Shown piece after piece: positions 1 to 9,205 of a DNA stretch of 32,000 nucleotides (position 1 is its first letter; each line of letters begins with the position of its first letter). The stretch comes from Aliivibrio fischeri ES114 (lineage in GTDB: Bacteria > Pseudomonadota > Gammaproteobacteria > Enterobacterales > Vibrionaceae), in NCBI RefSeq assembly GCF_000011805.1, contig NC_006840.2. One strand, given 5' to 3'. The notes below the pieces were generated by a model. It had not been told where the DNA came from. It was given only the letters and a program-made list of their open reading frames with translations, and did no database searches. Position numbers and translations under genes: made by a program.

Positions 1-1643
1 CAACAATCGATAACGGTTTCTACTACGATATCGATATGGAGCACTCTTTAACGCAAGAAGATCTTGATAAGATTGAAAAGCGTATGAAGGATCTTGCTAA
101 GACCAAGTACCAAGTAATTAAGAAGAACGTAAGCTGGCAAGAAGCGCGTGATACTTTTGAAGCACGCGGTGAAACTTACAAGATTGAAATCCTTGACGAA
201 AACGTATCTAAAGACGATCGTCCAGGTTTATATCACCACGAAGAATACATTGATATGTGTCGTGGTCCTCACGTTCCTAACATGAGCTTCTGTCAGAACT
301 TTAAGATTCTGAACGTTGCTGGTGCATACTGGCGTGGTAACAGTGACAACAAAATGCTGCAACGTGTCTACGGCACTGCATTCCAAGATAAGAAATTGCT
401 TAAAGCACACCTTATCCGCCTAGAAGAAGCAGCAAAGCGTGATCACCGTAAAATTGGTAAGCAACTTGATCTGTTCCATATGCAGCAAGAAGCTCCAGGT
501 ATGGTGTTCTGGCACCACAACGGTTGGACTATCTTCCGTGAACTAGAAGTATTTGTTCGTGAAAAACTAACTCAGTACGATTACCAAGAAGTAAAAGGCC
601 CATTAATGATGGACCGCGTACTTTGGGAACGTTCTGGTCACTGGGACAAATACGCTGAAGCGATGTTCACAACAAGTTCTGAGAACCGTGAATACGCAAT
701 TAAACCAATGAACTGTCCAGGTCACGTTCAAATCTTTAACCAAGGTCTGAAATCATACCGTGATTTACCATTACGTATGGCTGAGTTTGGCTCATGTCAC
801 CGTAATGAACCATCTGGTGCTCTACACGGCATTATGCGTGTTCGTGGCTTCACTCAAGATGATGCACACGTATTCTGTACAGAAGCACAAGTTCAACAAG
901 AAGTTAAATCTTGTATTGAAATGGTTTACGATACATATCAAACATTTGGTTTTGATAATATCGTAGTTAAGCTGTCTACACGTCCAGAACAACGCGTTGG
1001 TTCTGATGAAATGTGGGACCGTGCTGAGTCAGATTTAAAACTTGCTCTAGAGTCAATGGAGATTCCATACGAGATTCAAGAGGGTGAGGGTGCGTTCTAC
1101 GGACCGAAAATTGAATTTACTTTGCATGATTGTCTGGACCGTGCGTGGCAATGTGGTACAGTACAGCTTGATTTTGCATTACCAGAGCGTTTAGGTGCAA
1201 CTTACGTTGGTGAAGATAACGAACGTCACACACCAGTGATGATTCACCGCGCGATTTTAGGTTCACTAGAGCGTTTCATTGGTATCTTAATCGAAGACTA
1301 TGCAGGCTTTTTCCCAACGTGGTTAGCTCCTGAACAAGCGATTGTTATGGGAATTACGGACAAACAAGCTGATTACGTACAAGAAATTGCAAAAAAACTG
1401 CAAAAAAATGGATTTAGAGTGAAAGCGGACTTGAGAAATGAGAAGATTGGCTTTAAAATCCGTGAACATACTTTGAAGCGTGTACCGTATATGCTTGTTT
1501 GTGGCGACCAGGAGATGGAAGCTGGAGAAATTGCAGTACGTACTCGTAAAGGTAAAGATTTGGGTAAATTCAAAATTGATGATTTTGTTGCATTCCTGCA
1601 GCAAGAAGTTAGTGCCCGAACGCTCAATACTGTGGAGGAATAA
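1..1643 (+). CDS. thrS: Threonine--tRNA ligase (ThrRS), 5'-truncated by the window edge
   Basis: The reading frame is open from the window edge (..[14 protein letters not shown]..) to TAA at 1641-1643. The translation carries class II ThrRS hallmarks ([23 protein letters not shown]-terminal anticodon-binding region). infC follows immediately, as in the enterobacterial thrS-infC-rpmI-rplT cluster. Confidence 0.95.
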   Translation, partial: TIDNGFYYDIDMEHSLTQEDLDKIEKRMKDLAKTKYQVIKKNVSWQEARDTFEARGETYKIEILDENVSKDDRPGLYHHEEYIDMCRGPHVPNMSFCQNFKILNVAGAYWRGNSDNKMLQRVYGTAFQDKKLLKAHLIRLEEAAKRDHRKIGKQLDLFHMQQEAPGMVFWHHNGWTIFRELEVFVREKLTQYDYQEVKGPLMMDRVLWERSGHWDKYAEAMFTTSSENREYAIKPMNCPGHVQIFNQGLKSYRDLPLRMAEFGSCHRNEPSGALHGIMRVRGFTQDDAHVFCTEAQVQQEVKSCIEMVYDTYQTFGFDNIVVKLSTRPEQRVGSDEMWDRAESDLKLALESMEIPYEIQEGEGAFYGPKIEFTLHDCLDRAWQCGTVQLDFALPERLGATYVGEDNERHTPVMIHRAILGSLERFIGILIEDYAGFFPTWLAPEQAIVMGITDKQADYVQEIAKKLQKNGFRVKADLRNEKIGFKIREHTLKRVPYMLVCGDQEMEAGEIAVRTRKGKDLGKFKIDDFVAFLQQEVSARTLNTVEE

Positions 1644-1646
1644 GGT

Positions 1647-2198
1647 ATTAAAGGCGGAAAAAGAGCCCAACAGCCGGCTAAACAAAATGCTCATCGTCTA
1701 AACGGTGAAATTCGTGGCGTTAAAGAAGTGCGCCTAACAGGCCTAGATGGTGAATCAGTAGGCATCGTTTCTTTAAACGAAGCTCTGGATGCAGCACTTG
1801 AAGCTGGTGTTGACTTAGTTGAAATCAGCCCAAATGCCGAGCCACCAGTTGGTCGTGTGATGGACTATGGCAAATTCCTCTTCGAAAAGGCGAAGGCTGC
1901 TAAAGAACAGAAGAAAAAGCAAAAACAGGTTCAGATCAAGGAAATTAAATTCCGACCTGGAACTGATGTAGGAGACTATCAGGTAAAACTACGCAACCTG
2001 ACTGGTTTCCTAGAAGACGGCAACAAAGTGAAGGTAACAATTCGCTTCCGTGGCCGCGAAATGGCTCACCAAAACATCGGTGTTGACGTTCTTAATCGTT
2101 TGAAAGCGGATACTGAAGAATTTGCAGTAGTCGAATCTTTCCCAACGAGAATTGAAGGTCGCCAGATGATTATGGTGTTGGCCCCTAAGAAGAAGTAA
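1647..2198 (+). CDS. infC: Translation initiation factor IF-3, starting at a non-canonical ATT codon
   Basis: The ORF track starts at an internal ATG (1728). The in-frame sequence from ATT 1647 encodes [32 protein letters not shown], which matches the conserved IF3 N-terminus (E. coli MKGGKR..INGEIR..EVRLTG). GGAGG lies at 1634-1638, 8 nt upstream. The rest of the protein is clearly IF3 ([47 protein letters not shown]). Confidence 0.9.
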   Translation: MKGGKRAQQPAKQNAHRLNGEIRGVKEVRLTGLDGESVGIVSLNEALDAALEAGVDLVEISPNAEPPVGRVMDYGKFLFEKAKAAKEQKKKQKQVQIKEIKFRPGTDVGDYQVKLRNLTGFLEDGNKVKVTIRFRGREMAHQNIGVDVLNRLKADTEEFAVVESFPTRIEGRQMIMVLAPKKK

Positions 2199-2221
2199 TT
2201 TAGTGCATTCAAGTAATACAG

Positions 2222-2254
2222 CAGGGTAGCTGTTCGCAGTTACCCTGTTTTATT
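2222..2254 (+). terminator. Strong hairpin with a UUCG tetraloop plus U-tract between infC and rpmI (intrinsic terminator or attenuator-like)
   Basis: cagggtagctg (2222-2232), ttcg loop, cagttaccctg (2237-2247). This gives an 11-bp stem with one G-U pair, followed by ttttatt. Confidence 0.55.
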
Positions 2255-2305
2255 CGCCTAATTACTGTATGTTTAATCACGCAACAATGCGGAGTTATAT
2301 TCATC

Positions 2306-2500
2306 ATGCCTAAGATGAAATCAAACAAAGGTGCTTCTAAGCGTTTCAAGAAAACTGCTGGTGGTATCAAATTTAAGCACGCTACAAAACGTCACATCCT
2401 GACTAAACGTACTACTAAGAACAAGCGTCAGCTTCGTCCTAACTCTCTACTTCCAAAATGTGAAGTAGCAGCAGTTGCTCGTATGCTTCCATACGCATAA
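2306..2500 (+). CDS. rpmI: 50S ribosomal protein L35
   Basis: A 64-aa highly basic protein, [37 protein letters not shown], typical of L35. It sits between infC and rplT. Confidence 0.95.
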   Translation: MPKMKSNKGASKRFKKTAGGIKFKHATKRHILTKRTTKNKRQLRPNSLLPKCEVAAVARMLPYA

Positions 2501-2541
2501 TTTTTAGTATTTATTTATAATTTTAGTTTAGGAGAGACATA

Positions 2542-2895
2542 ATGCCTCGCGTAAAACGTGGTGTACAAGCTCGTGCACGTCATAAGAAAGTTCTGAAACA
2601 AGCTAAAGGTTACTACGGTGCACGTTCACGTGTTTATCGTGTAGCTTTCCAGGCGGTAACTAAAGCAGGTCAATATGCTTACCGTGACCGTCGTAACAAA
2701 AAGCGTGTTTTCCGTCAACTTTGGATCGCTCGTATCAATGCTGCAGCTCGTCAAAACGAGATGTCTTACAGCCGTTTCATCAACGGTCTTAAGAAAGCAT
2801 CTATTGAAATCGATCGTAAGATCCTAGCTGACATCGCTGTATTCGACAAAGTAGCATTCGCTGCTCTAGTTGAAAAAGCGAAAGCTGCTCTTTAA
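2542..2895 (+). CDS. rplT: 50S ribosomal protein L20
   Basis: A 117-aa protein, [48 protein letters not shown], the canonical L20 sequence. A GGAGAG Shine-Dalgarno lies upstream. Confidence 0.96.
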   Translation: MPRVKRGVQARARHKKVLKQAKGYYGARSRVYRVAFQAVTKAGQYAYRDRRNKKRVFRQLWIARINAAARQNEMSYSRFINGLKKASIEIDRKILADIAVFDKVAFAALVEKAKAAL

Positions 2896-2925
2896 TTAGA
2901 ACAGTTTCAAGGCTTTAAGACTAAG

Positions 2926-2953
2926 AAAGGAGAGCACTAGCTCTCCTTTTTTT
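2926..2953 (+). terminator. Rho-independent terminator after rplT
   Basis: aaaggagagc (2926-2935), acta loop, gctctccttt (2940-2949), followed by a T-run to 2953. Confidence 0.8.
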
Positions 2954-3099
2954 ATGCCTGCAATTCATATATTAAGCATTAACCTCCTAATTCCCTTTCT
3001 ATCTGTCAGTTTCTGTAAAGCTTATACAACTAACGTAAAGTTACTTTTGATTTAAAAACAAAAGCCTATTATTTACTCAATTGATTCATTTAATGAGTA

Positions 3100-4425
3100 T
3101 TGAAAATGCGTAAATTTACTATTCTGTTGCTTTTGCTATGGCTGCCATCTTTTGTTTCATCACTCACTGAATTTGATAGTGTGATGGATTTACGTAAACA
3201 ATTAATCGTCTTAACTGGTTGGCTTGGTTTTGCTTATATGGGCGCAGCTATTGTTCTTTCAGCTCGTTTTAAATGGACGGAACGATTAGTAAAAGGGCTA
3301 GATAAGGCTTATGGTTTACATAAAAAATTAGGGATTTCAGCTTTTATTGCTCTGCTCTTGCACTGGTTAGTGATTAAAGCTGCGCATTGGGCTGTGCAAC
3401 TAGGTTGGCTTGTACGTCCAACGCATGCAGGAAAAGAGAGAGTTATCACAGGTGTTGATTGGATTTCTCTTGCGGAGAAAGTGGGTGATATATCGTTTAA
3501 GGTTTTTATACTTTTTACCATCATTAGCTTGGTTGAAAGAATCAGTTATAAAAAATTTAAAGGGATCCACAAAATTGGTGGAGCATTAATGTTAGCTGGT
3601 GTGTTTCATACGCTGTTTTTGATCAAATGGGATCTTTCATTAATCCCAATGAATATAGCTATTATACTTATCTCTGCTATCTCAGTTTGGTGTGCAATAC
3701 TTTCACTAACGGGCTCTATTGGTAAGAAAAATAAAATAGGTGGTCAAGTAGTTCTGGTTGATAAATTTAAAGATGATTCTGAATTTACTGTGGTGGCTCG
3801 TCTTCAAATTAAACTTGAGAGTAAATTGCGATATAAAGAGGGACAGTTTGCTTATATCAATTTTCATGACGGTGAAGCGCCACATCCATTTTCTATTCTA
3901 AATTATAACGAAAAGACAAGGTTGGTTGAGTTTGGGATTAAAGATCTTGGGGATTATACGCATCAATTAGTTAATCAAATTGCAGTAGGAAAAAAAGCAA
4001 CAGTGGAAGGCGGTTATGGTTACTTCCAAGTCCCATCTGATATGAACCAAGTATGGGTAGGGGCCGGAATTGGTATCGTACCATTATTATCTCGATTGTA
4101 TTGGTTACAAAAGAGCACCGACAAAACCACAAAAAGGATTGAAAAAATTCACCTTTTTTATTGTGTAAATAATGAGAAGGAAGCCTTTTTTAGTACTGAA
4201 ATAAAAGCTATTTTACGTAAGATGGATTTTATTGAATTACACCTTATTGAATCAGATAAGGGTTATAGATTAACCTCTGAGTATATTCTAAATAAAATTG
4301 ATAATGAGTCATTTTCTGTTAGCTTTTGCGGACCTGAAGGATTTGGAATGAGTCTAAAGCAAGGTTTGATGGCAAACGGTCTTCCTGAGGCATCATTTCA
4401 TAAAGAAATATTTAAAATGCGCTGA
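3100..4425 (+). CDS. NOX/FRE-family transmembrane flavocytochrome (ferric-reductase domain plus FAD- and NAD(P)H-binding domains)
   Basis: The N-terminal half is hydrophobic with about six TM segments. It carries two His pairs with the NOX/FRE bis-heme spacing: H74/H88 (14 apart) and H157/H170 (13 apart). HPFS is at aa 262-265 (FAD-binding motif), GAGIGIVP matches the NAD(P)H-binding glycine motif, and FCGPEGF lies near the C-terminus. The track start is TTG 3100. ATG 3106 is the more likely start. Confidence 0.75.
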   Translation: MKMRKFTILLLLLWLPSFVSSLTEFDSVMDLRKQLIVLTGWLGFAYMGAAIVLSARFKWTERLVKGLDKAYGLHKKLGISAFIALLLHWLVIKAAHWAVQLGWLVRPTHAGKERVITGVDWISLAEKVGDISFKVFILFTIISLVERISYKKFKGIHKIGGALMLAGVFHTLFLIKWDLSLIPMNIAIILISAISVWCAILSLTGSIGKKNKIGGQVVLVDKFKDDSEFTVVARLQIKLESKLRYKEGQFAYINFHDGEAPHPFSILNYNEKTRLVEFGIKDLGDYTHQLVNQIAVGKKATVEGGYGYFQVPSDMNQVWVGAGIGIVPLLSRLYWLQKSTDKTTKRIEKIHLFYCVNNEKEAFFSTEIKAILRKMDFIELHLIESDKGYRLTSEYILNKIDNESFSVSFCGPEGFGMSLKQGLMANGLPEASFHKEIFKMR

Positions 4426-4452
4426 CCATTACCCTTATTGAACCTAGATACT

Positions 4453-4486
4453 AAAGAGCCAACCTAAATTTGTCGGCTCTTTTTTA
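4453..4486 (+). terminator. Rho-independent terminator after the NOX-like gene
   Basis: agagccaac (4455-4463) pairs with gtcggctct (4472-4480) with one mismatch, then ttttt. The U-tract is good only for the plus-strand transcript. Confidence 0.6.
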
Positions 4487-4504
4487 TTGAAAAACTTGTG
4501 AATG

Positions 4505-5284
4505 CTACGCCGCAAACACTACAGGGAAATTCAACGTAGGGTGAGCTTGCACTAAGGTTTTGTGTCCATAAACATTCTCTATCATTTTTGATGTTATCGC
4601 CTCCCATGGTGCTCCGTCTGCTTGCAGCTTTCCATCTTGAAGAACAATGACTCGATCAGAGTATTGTGCCGCCAAATTTAAATCATGCAGTACCACAATA
4701 ACCGCAGCACCTTCGCTCGCTAACTCTCTTGCTAATTTTAATGTATTGTGTTGATGCGAAAGATCTAACGCAGATGTTGGTTCATCTAACATCACGATCT
4801 TCTGCTGATGTTGGCTTACTTGGGTCAGCACTCGCGCTAAATGAACACGTTGCTTTTCACCACCAGATAGAGAGGGGTAGGCTCTTTCTGCTAAATGCTT
4901 TATTACCGTTTTTTGCATCATGTTCGATGTAATTTCTCGTAATGCTTGATTGGATAACGATAATGGCAACCCTCCAAGTTCTACCACTTCATTTACATTA
5001 AAAGCAAAAGAGAGGGTACTGTGCTGAGGGAGAACCCCAAGTCGTTTTGCTAGTTCGTTACCATCCCATTGATCTTTTGCTTTTCCAAAATAACGAATGT
5101 CATTAAAAGAGGTGATTTCATCACATAACAATTTTAGTAATGTACTTTTTCCGGCACCATTTGGCCCAAGTAATGTGGTCACTTCACCACAACGAAGTTC
5201 TAAGTTAATGTCATCTAAAATTATTTTAGAACCAATGCGATAAGAAATGTTGTTGGCTGAGATAGCTAATGAAGAAAGGCTCAT
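4505..5284 (-). CDS. hutD: Heme ABC transporter ATP-binding protein
   Basis: Walker A GPNGAGKST, ABC signature LSGGEKQRV, Walker B IVMLDEPTSALD. It is the last gene of a tonB-exbBD-hutBCD-type operon and shares 1 nt with the upstream permease gene. Confidence 0.88.
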   Translation of the reverse strand: MSLSSLAISANNISYRIGSKIILDDINLELRCGEVTTLLGPNGAGKSTLLKLLCDEITSFNDIRYFGKAKDQWDGNELAKRLGVLPQHSTLSFAFNVNEVVELGGLPLSLSNQALREITSNMMQKTVIKHLAERAYPSLSGGEKQRVHLARVLTQVSQHQQKIVMLDEPTSALDLSHQHNTLKLARELASEGAAVIVVLHDLNLAAQYSDRVIVLQDGKLQADGAPWEAITSKMIENVYGHKTLVQAHPTLNFPVVFAA

Positions 5285-6330
5285 TAAATTTTACCTCGCT
5301 GGGTAAAGAGTAAATACAAAAAGAAAGGCGCGCCAATAATAGCCGTCACGATACCAACAGGCAGTTCAGCAGGGCTAACGGCAACACGGGCAAACATATC
5401 TGCTGCAGTTAATAAAAGACCACCAAGTAATGCTGAAAGTGGTAATAAGGTTTTATGGTTTGGTCCAGATAGCATACGACCAAGGTGAGGGATGATTAAT
5501 CCAATAAACCCAATCATTCCAGATAAGCTAACGGTAATACCAACGCCTACAGCACTTAATATGATCATACGTTTCTTTAATGATTGAACATTAATGCCTA
5601 AATGTTTTGCTTCTGCTTCACCAAGAAGTAGGGCGTTAAGTCCTGACGCATTTTTCATAAATAAAACAAGCAAGGTGATAAGACCAATACCTGCAAGTAG
5701 CAAGTCATTCCATTTTGCACCCGCTAGCGATCCCATAGACCATAACGAGAGATCTCGAAGCATTTGATCATCGGCAATGAAATTCAAATAGCCAATTCCA
5801 GCACCAGATAAAGCGCTAATAGCAACACCAGCGAGTAGCATAACAGTAATTGAGGTACCAAATTTACTGGTACCTAATCGATAGACAATGAGTGTGGTTA
5901 TTGCGCCACCAAGAAAAGCAAAAATAGGAACAGCAGCAAAATTCATAAAAATAGGAAATTGCTGAGCAACGGATGAAAATACTACGATTGCCATTGCAGC
6001 ACCAAGTGCGGCCCCAGCAGATACACCAATGATCCCAGGTTCAGCAAGAGGATTTCGAAATAACCCCTGCATGACAACACCAGAAATAGCCAATATGGCA
6101 CCAACAAGCATACAAAGGATGGTTCTTGGCAGGCGAACTTGATGAATGATCAAATTAATGTGTGCCGGAATTTCAGCGGTTGACCAAGGAATAAGGCTAT
6201 TAAAACTATCACTTAGCGTAATGTTCATTGGTCCTGTCGCAATGGAGCTTACTGCGATAATTAGCAGAGAAAAGCCACTTAACCACAGTAATTTTGAATA
6301 AGAGATGTATTTTAACAACATAATAATCAC
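5284..6330 (-). CDS. hutC: Heme ABC transporter permease (FecCD/BtuC family)
   Basis: A 348-aa polytopic membrane protein with FecCD-type features (..RLPRTL...GAALG..). It lies between the periplasmic binding protein gene and the ATPase gene. Confidence 0.88.
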   Translation of the reverse strand: MIIMLLKYISYSKLLWLSGFSLLIIAVSSIATGPMNITLSDSFNSLIPWSTAEIPAHINLIIHQVRLPRTILCMLVGAILAISGVVMQGLFRNPLAEPGIIGVSAGAALGAAMAIVVFSSVAQQFPIFMNFAAVPIFAFLGGAITTLIVYRLGTSKFGTSITVMLLAGVAISALSGAGIGYLNFIADDQMLRDLSLWSMGSLAGAKWNDLLLAGIGLITLLVLFMKNASGLNALLLGEAEAKHLGINVQSLKKRMIILSAVGVGITVSLSGMIGFIGLIIPHLGRMLSGPNHKTLLPLSALLGGLLLTAADMFARVAVSPAELPVGIVTAIIGAPFFLYLLFTQRGKI

Positions 6331-7179
6331 TTAAGGGTAAAGAAGGGTATTCAAACGAGCAGCCTCATCAAGTGTTGCTAAGCCAAGGCCACCGACGAGT
6401 GCTGAGCCATCAATACCAATAATTTGTTTATTAATACCAGCAGGTGTGGAGGCTAAGGTTGGAATCGATTCGATAATTTTATCAATGCCTTTTAACTTCT
6501 TGATACTACGGTTGCTGACTAAAACAACGTCAGGTTGCATTGAGATCATGGCTTCCATTGAAATAGGTTTAAACGATGATATAGATGAGCTTGCAGGGTT
6601 ATTTGCTCCTGCTAAATGGATCAATTCATCCATTGTTGTATCACTGCCAGCCACATAAGGGGCTCTGCCTTCATGTAATAAAAGGTAAATGACTTTTTTT
6701 TGCTTCGCTTTACTTGGAATACTACTGTTTAGTAATGCGACCTTTTTATTTACTTGATCCTTGATCGCTTCTGCTTGCGATTGATGCTGAGTAATAGAGG
6801 CAATTTCGTCAATACGATTTAATAAACCTTGAACTGTTGGTGTGGTGTTTACGATATTCACTTTTACATTCGATTGAGAAAGCAAATCTAGTGTACTTTG
6901 AGGTCCCATTTCGTTGGAACCAATAATTTGTGTTGGTTGTAAGGCTAATAACCCTTCTGTCGATAATTGACGGTGATAACCAATTTTAGGTAAAGACTGT
7001 GTCTGCGGCATTTTGCTCGTTACATCAACGGCAACAAGAGAGTCTTCTGCACCTAGTGCATAAATTAACTCCGTAACGGCACTTCCAGCACTAATAATAC
7101 GCTCTTGTGCTGTACTAATGGATGAGAATGAAAGCAATGCTATAGCAAAGAAAGAGGAGGTAAGTTTAGAATTAATCAT
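6331..7179 (-). CDS. hutB: Periplasmic hemin-binding protein of the ABC transporter
   Basis: It has a signal peptide (..LLSFSSISTAQE). The fold type looks like a cluster-A periplasmic binding protein (RIISAGSAVTELIYALGA). Its start overlaps the exbD stop as ATGA. Confidence 0.85.
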   Translation of the reverse strand: MINSKLTSSFFAIALLSFSSISTAQERIISAGSAVTELIYALGAEDSLVAVDVTSKMPQTQSLPKIGYHRQLSTEGLLALQPTQIIGSNEMGPQSTLDLLSQSNVKVNIVNTTPTVQGLLNRIDEIASITQHQSQAEAIKDQVNKKVALLNSSIPSKAKQKKVIYLLLHEGRAPYVAGSDTTMDELIHLAGANNPASSSISSFKPISMEAMISMQPDVVLVSNRSIKKLKGIDKIIESIPTLASTPAGINKQIIGIDGSALVGGLGLATLDEAARLNTLLYP

Positions 7180-7595
7180 GATTTATTTTCGTCCATTAAA
7201 ATTTGAGTTGCTTTAATATTGTTATCTTGTAAAAAGGCCAATAATTTCACCATATGCTGAATTTCAGCGGTTTTATCTGAGGCAATAACCACTTGAAAAT
7301 CAGGTTTACTTTTTACTTTTTGTAGTAATGCGTTAGTAAAAGAAGGCCAAGTAGAATAAGAATGACCATCCAAACCCCAATATGGCGGTTGTTCTAATAT
7401 ATTGATGGTAAAAGACTTACTGTCTACGTCACTTACCGATTCGGTATCCGCTGTCGGTAAGCTCACTTCTAAAGATTGAAGTTTCACGGTAGCGGTGAGT
7501 AATAAAAAAACCATTACGATGAAAATAATATCGAGTAAAGGGGTCAGATCAGGCTGAATGGACTCTTCAGAAGTGAAAGAAGGTGACTTAATCAT
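7176..7595 (-). CDS. exbD: Biopolymer transport protein ExbD
   Basis: A 139-aa protein with an N-terminal DLTPLLDIIFIVMVFLL membrane anchor typical of the ExbD/TolR family. Its 4-nt overlaps with exbB and hutB suggest translational coupling. Confidence 0.88.
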   Translation of the reverse strand: MIKSPSFTSEESIQPDLTPLLDIIFIVMVFLLLTATVKLQSLEVSLPTADTESVSDVDSKSFTINILEQPPYWGLDGHSYSTWPSFTNALLQKVKSKPDFQVVIASDKTAEIQHMVKLLAFLQDNNIKATQILMDENKS

Positions 7596-8275
7596 GCATT
7601 CACCTTGATGATTTTATGTTGGATGTTCTCACTCATTGAATCATTTGAGCTAAATACACCTTCAATCCACAAATTAGTGTAATTTAATGAATGCTCTAAA
7701 CGTGACAAGATACGATCAGCCCATAAGCCTAGAAGTTGTGAGCTTGCGATAGCAGGTAAGGCAATGATCAAACCAATTGCCGTTGTACGCATTGCTAACC
7801 CTAAACCATCAGCCAGAATATTTGGTGTGATAGAACCCGTTGTTGCTGCTACATCTTTAAACATATCTATTAAGCCAAGAACCGTACCTAATAAGCCGAG
7901 TAATGGGCTGATCATGCCAATAAGAGCTAAAAGACGTAATCCAGAACGCAATTGATGGCGCTTTTCTTGAAGCCATAACCCTGCAACATCTTCTCGTAAT
8001 CCTTTTTCAAAATCACGATGAGCAAGTAGCATGGCATTGCCTTTTGCAGAGAGAGCACGGCGTTTTTTCAATTCTTGAATAAAGGAGTGAATACCTTGTG
8101 TATCGTCTTTTTCTAATTGATTTAGCGTCGACTGTATTTTTTTATGAGAACAGCCAGAAAAAAGTAAAAGCTGAATGGTTCGTTCTAATAACAAGGCAAG
8201 AGTGAGTAATGAGCAGCCTAATAGCGGTAGAGCCATAATGCCAAGTTGCGAATATAAGTGTGAAAAGTTAAGCAT
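7592..8275 (-). CDS. exbB: MotA/TolQ/ExbB proton-channel protein ExbB
   Basis: A 227-aa protein with three TM segments and the conserved LLGLLGTVLGLIDMF segment. It lies between tonB and exbD. Confidence 0.88.
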   Translation of the reverse strand: MLNFSHLYSQLGIMALPLLGCSLLTLALLLERTIQLLLFSGCSHKKIQSTLNQLEKDDTQGIHSFIQELKKRRALSAKGNAMLLAHRDFEKGLREDVAGLWLQEKRHQLRSGLRLLALIGMISPLLGLLGTVLGLIDMFKDVAATTGSITPNILADGLGLAMRTTAIGLIIALPAIASSQLLGLWADRILSRLEHSLNYTNLWIEGVFSSNDSMSENIQHKIIKVNA

Positions 8276-8296
8276 AGTTAAATCCGGTATAACTGA

Positions 8297-9061
8297 TTAA
8301 TTTAGTGAAAATCTGACAGGGATCTGCACTCGGTGTGCAATCGCTTGGCCATTGATAACTTGAGGTGAAAATTGCCAATCACGAATCGCATTAAGAGCGG
8401 CTTCATCGAGAACTTGTGCGCCAGATGAGGTGATTAACTCTTGTTTAATTTGTTTTCCGTTTTCATTTAGCCAAATTTCATATAGCGCAGTACCTTCAAT
8501 GCCTTTACGTTGCGCGATGCGAGGGTAACGTGGTGCATTAGGACGCTTTAAGAAATTCGGTTTTTGGACTAATTGTGGTTTTTCTGTTGCCCCTGATTTA
8601 GAAGCAACAGGTTTTGCTGTTGACTCTTTTTCTACAGGTTTGTCTGTTTTCTTAGCCGTTTTAGTTGTTGGCTTAGTTTCTGCCTTTTCTTTAAGAATCT
8701 TTTTTTCTGGTTCAATTGGCTTTGAAATCGTTGGTTTTTTTACCATTTTCTTTTTTGGTTTAGGCTTTTGCTTAGATTGTACGGGTTTCTTTTTCACCAC
8801 TTGTTTTTGAACTGTTTTTTCAACTGTGGTTTGTTGCTTTGGTTGTTCTTTCGGTTTTGTTACCTCATTTTTTTTCGTTTGTACTGACTGAGGAGTAGGA
8901 ACACTTGGTGCGACAAACTGGATGTTTACTTGTGATGAAGTACTACCGGTAGGCATAGCAAAGGCTTTTTTTTCAGGAACAGACCAAATAAGCGCGGTAT
9001 GAATAGCTAATGAAATACCAGCTGCAGCTAGATAACGAAAGTTCAGCACGAATGTCTCCAT
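8297..9061 (-). CDS. tonB: Energy transducer TonB
   Basis: It has an N-terminal anchor with the S-x3-H motif (SLAIH), a long Pro/Lys-rich spacer (KPKEQPKQQ..KPKPKKK..), and a C-terminal TonB_C-like domain (YPRIAQRKGIEGTALYEIWL). Confidence 0.9.
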   Translation of the reverse strand: METFVLNFRYLAAAGISLAIHTALIWSVPEKKAFAMPTGSTSSQVNIQFVAPSVPTPQSVQTKKNEVTKPKEQPKQQTTVEKTVQKQVVKKKPVQSKQKPKPKKKMVKKPTISKPIEPEKKILKEKAETKPTTKTAKKTDKPVEKESTAKPVASKSGATEKPQLVQKPNFLKRPNAPRYPRIAQRKGIEGTALYEIWLNENGKQIKQELITSSGAQVLDEAALNAIRDWQFSPQVINGQAIAHRVQIPVRFSLN

Positions 9062-9089
9062 TTAATTCAGTACTTTTTAAGATGACAAC

Positions 9090-9154
9090 ATTATAAACAA
9101 AACGATAATGAGATCAATTATCAATTGCATTCTCATTAAAAAATACTTTATGAT
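9090..9154. promoter_or_regulatory. Divergent tonB / hutW promoter region with a Fur box
   Basis: GATAATGAGATCAATTATC at 9104-9122 matches the 19-bp Fur consensus GATAATGATAATCATTATC at 15 of 19 positions. On the minus strand, -35 TTGATC (9112-9117), a 16-nt spacer and a perfect -10 TATAAT (9090-9095) serve tonB, and the Fur box overlaps the -35. On the plus strand, TTGCAT (9125-9130), an 18-nt spacer and TATGAT (9149-9154) serve hutW. Confidence 0.7.
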
Positions 9155-9205
9155 GTAAAAAGAAGCAAAACTCTTTGAAGTAACGAGTTAAAAAGAATTG
9201 AAATC

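Noticed and set aside
3070-3105. A Fur-box-like AT-rich sequence (caattgattcatttaatgagtattg) upstream of the NOX-like gene
   Set aside because: Alignment to the 19-bp consensus and to the 7-1-7 model gives only poor partial matches. It is too weak to annotate as a Fur site, although iron regulation remains plausible from context.
8560-8900. A repetitive A/T-rich, periodic stretch (aaaacc / tttttgg motifs) that looked like a DNA tandem repeat
   Set aside because: It is the coding sequence, on the minus strand, for the Pro/Lys/Glu-rich periplasmic spacer of TonB (KPKEQPKQQ..KPKPKKK..). Protein low complexity explains it.
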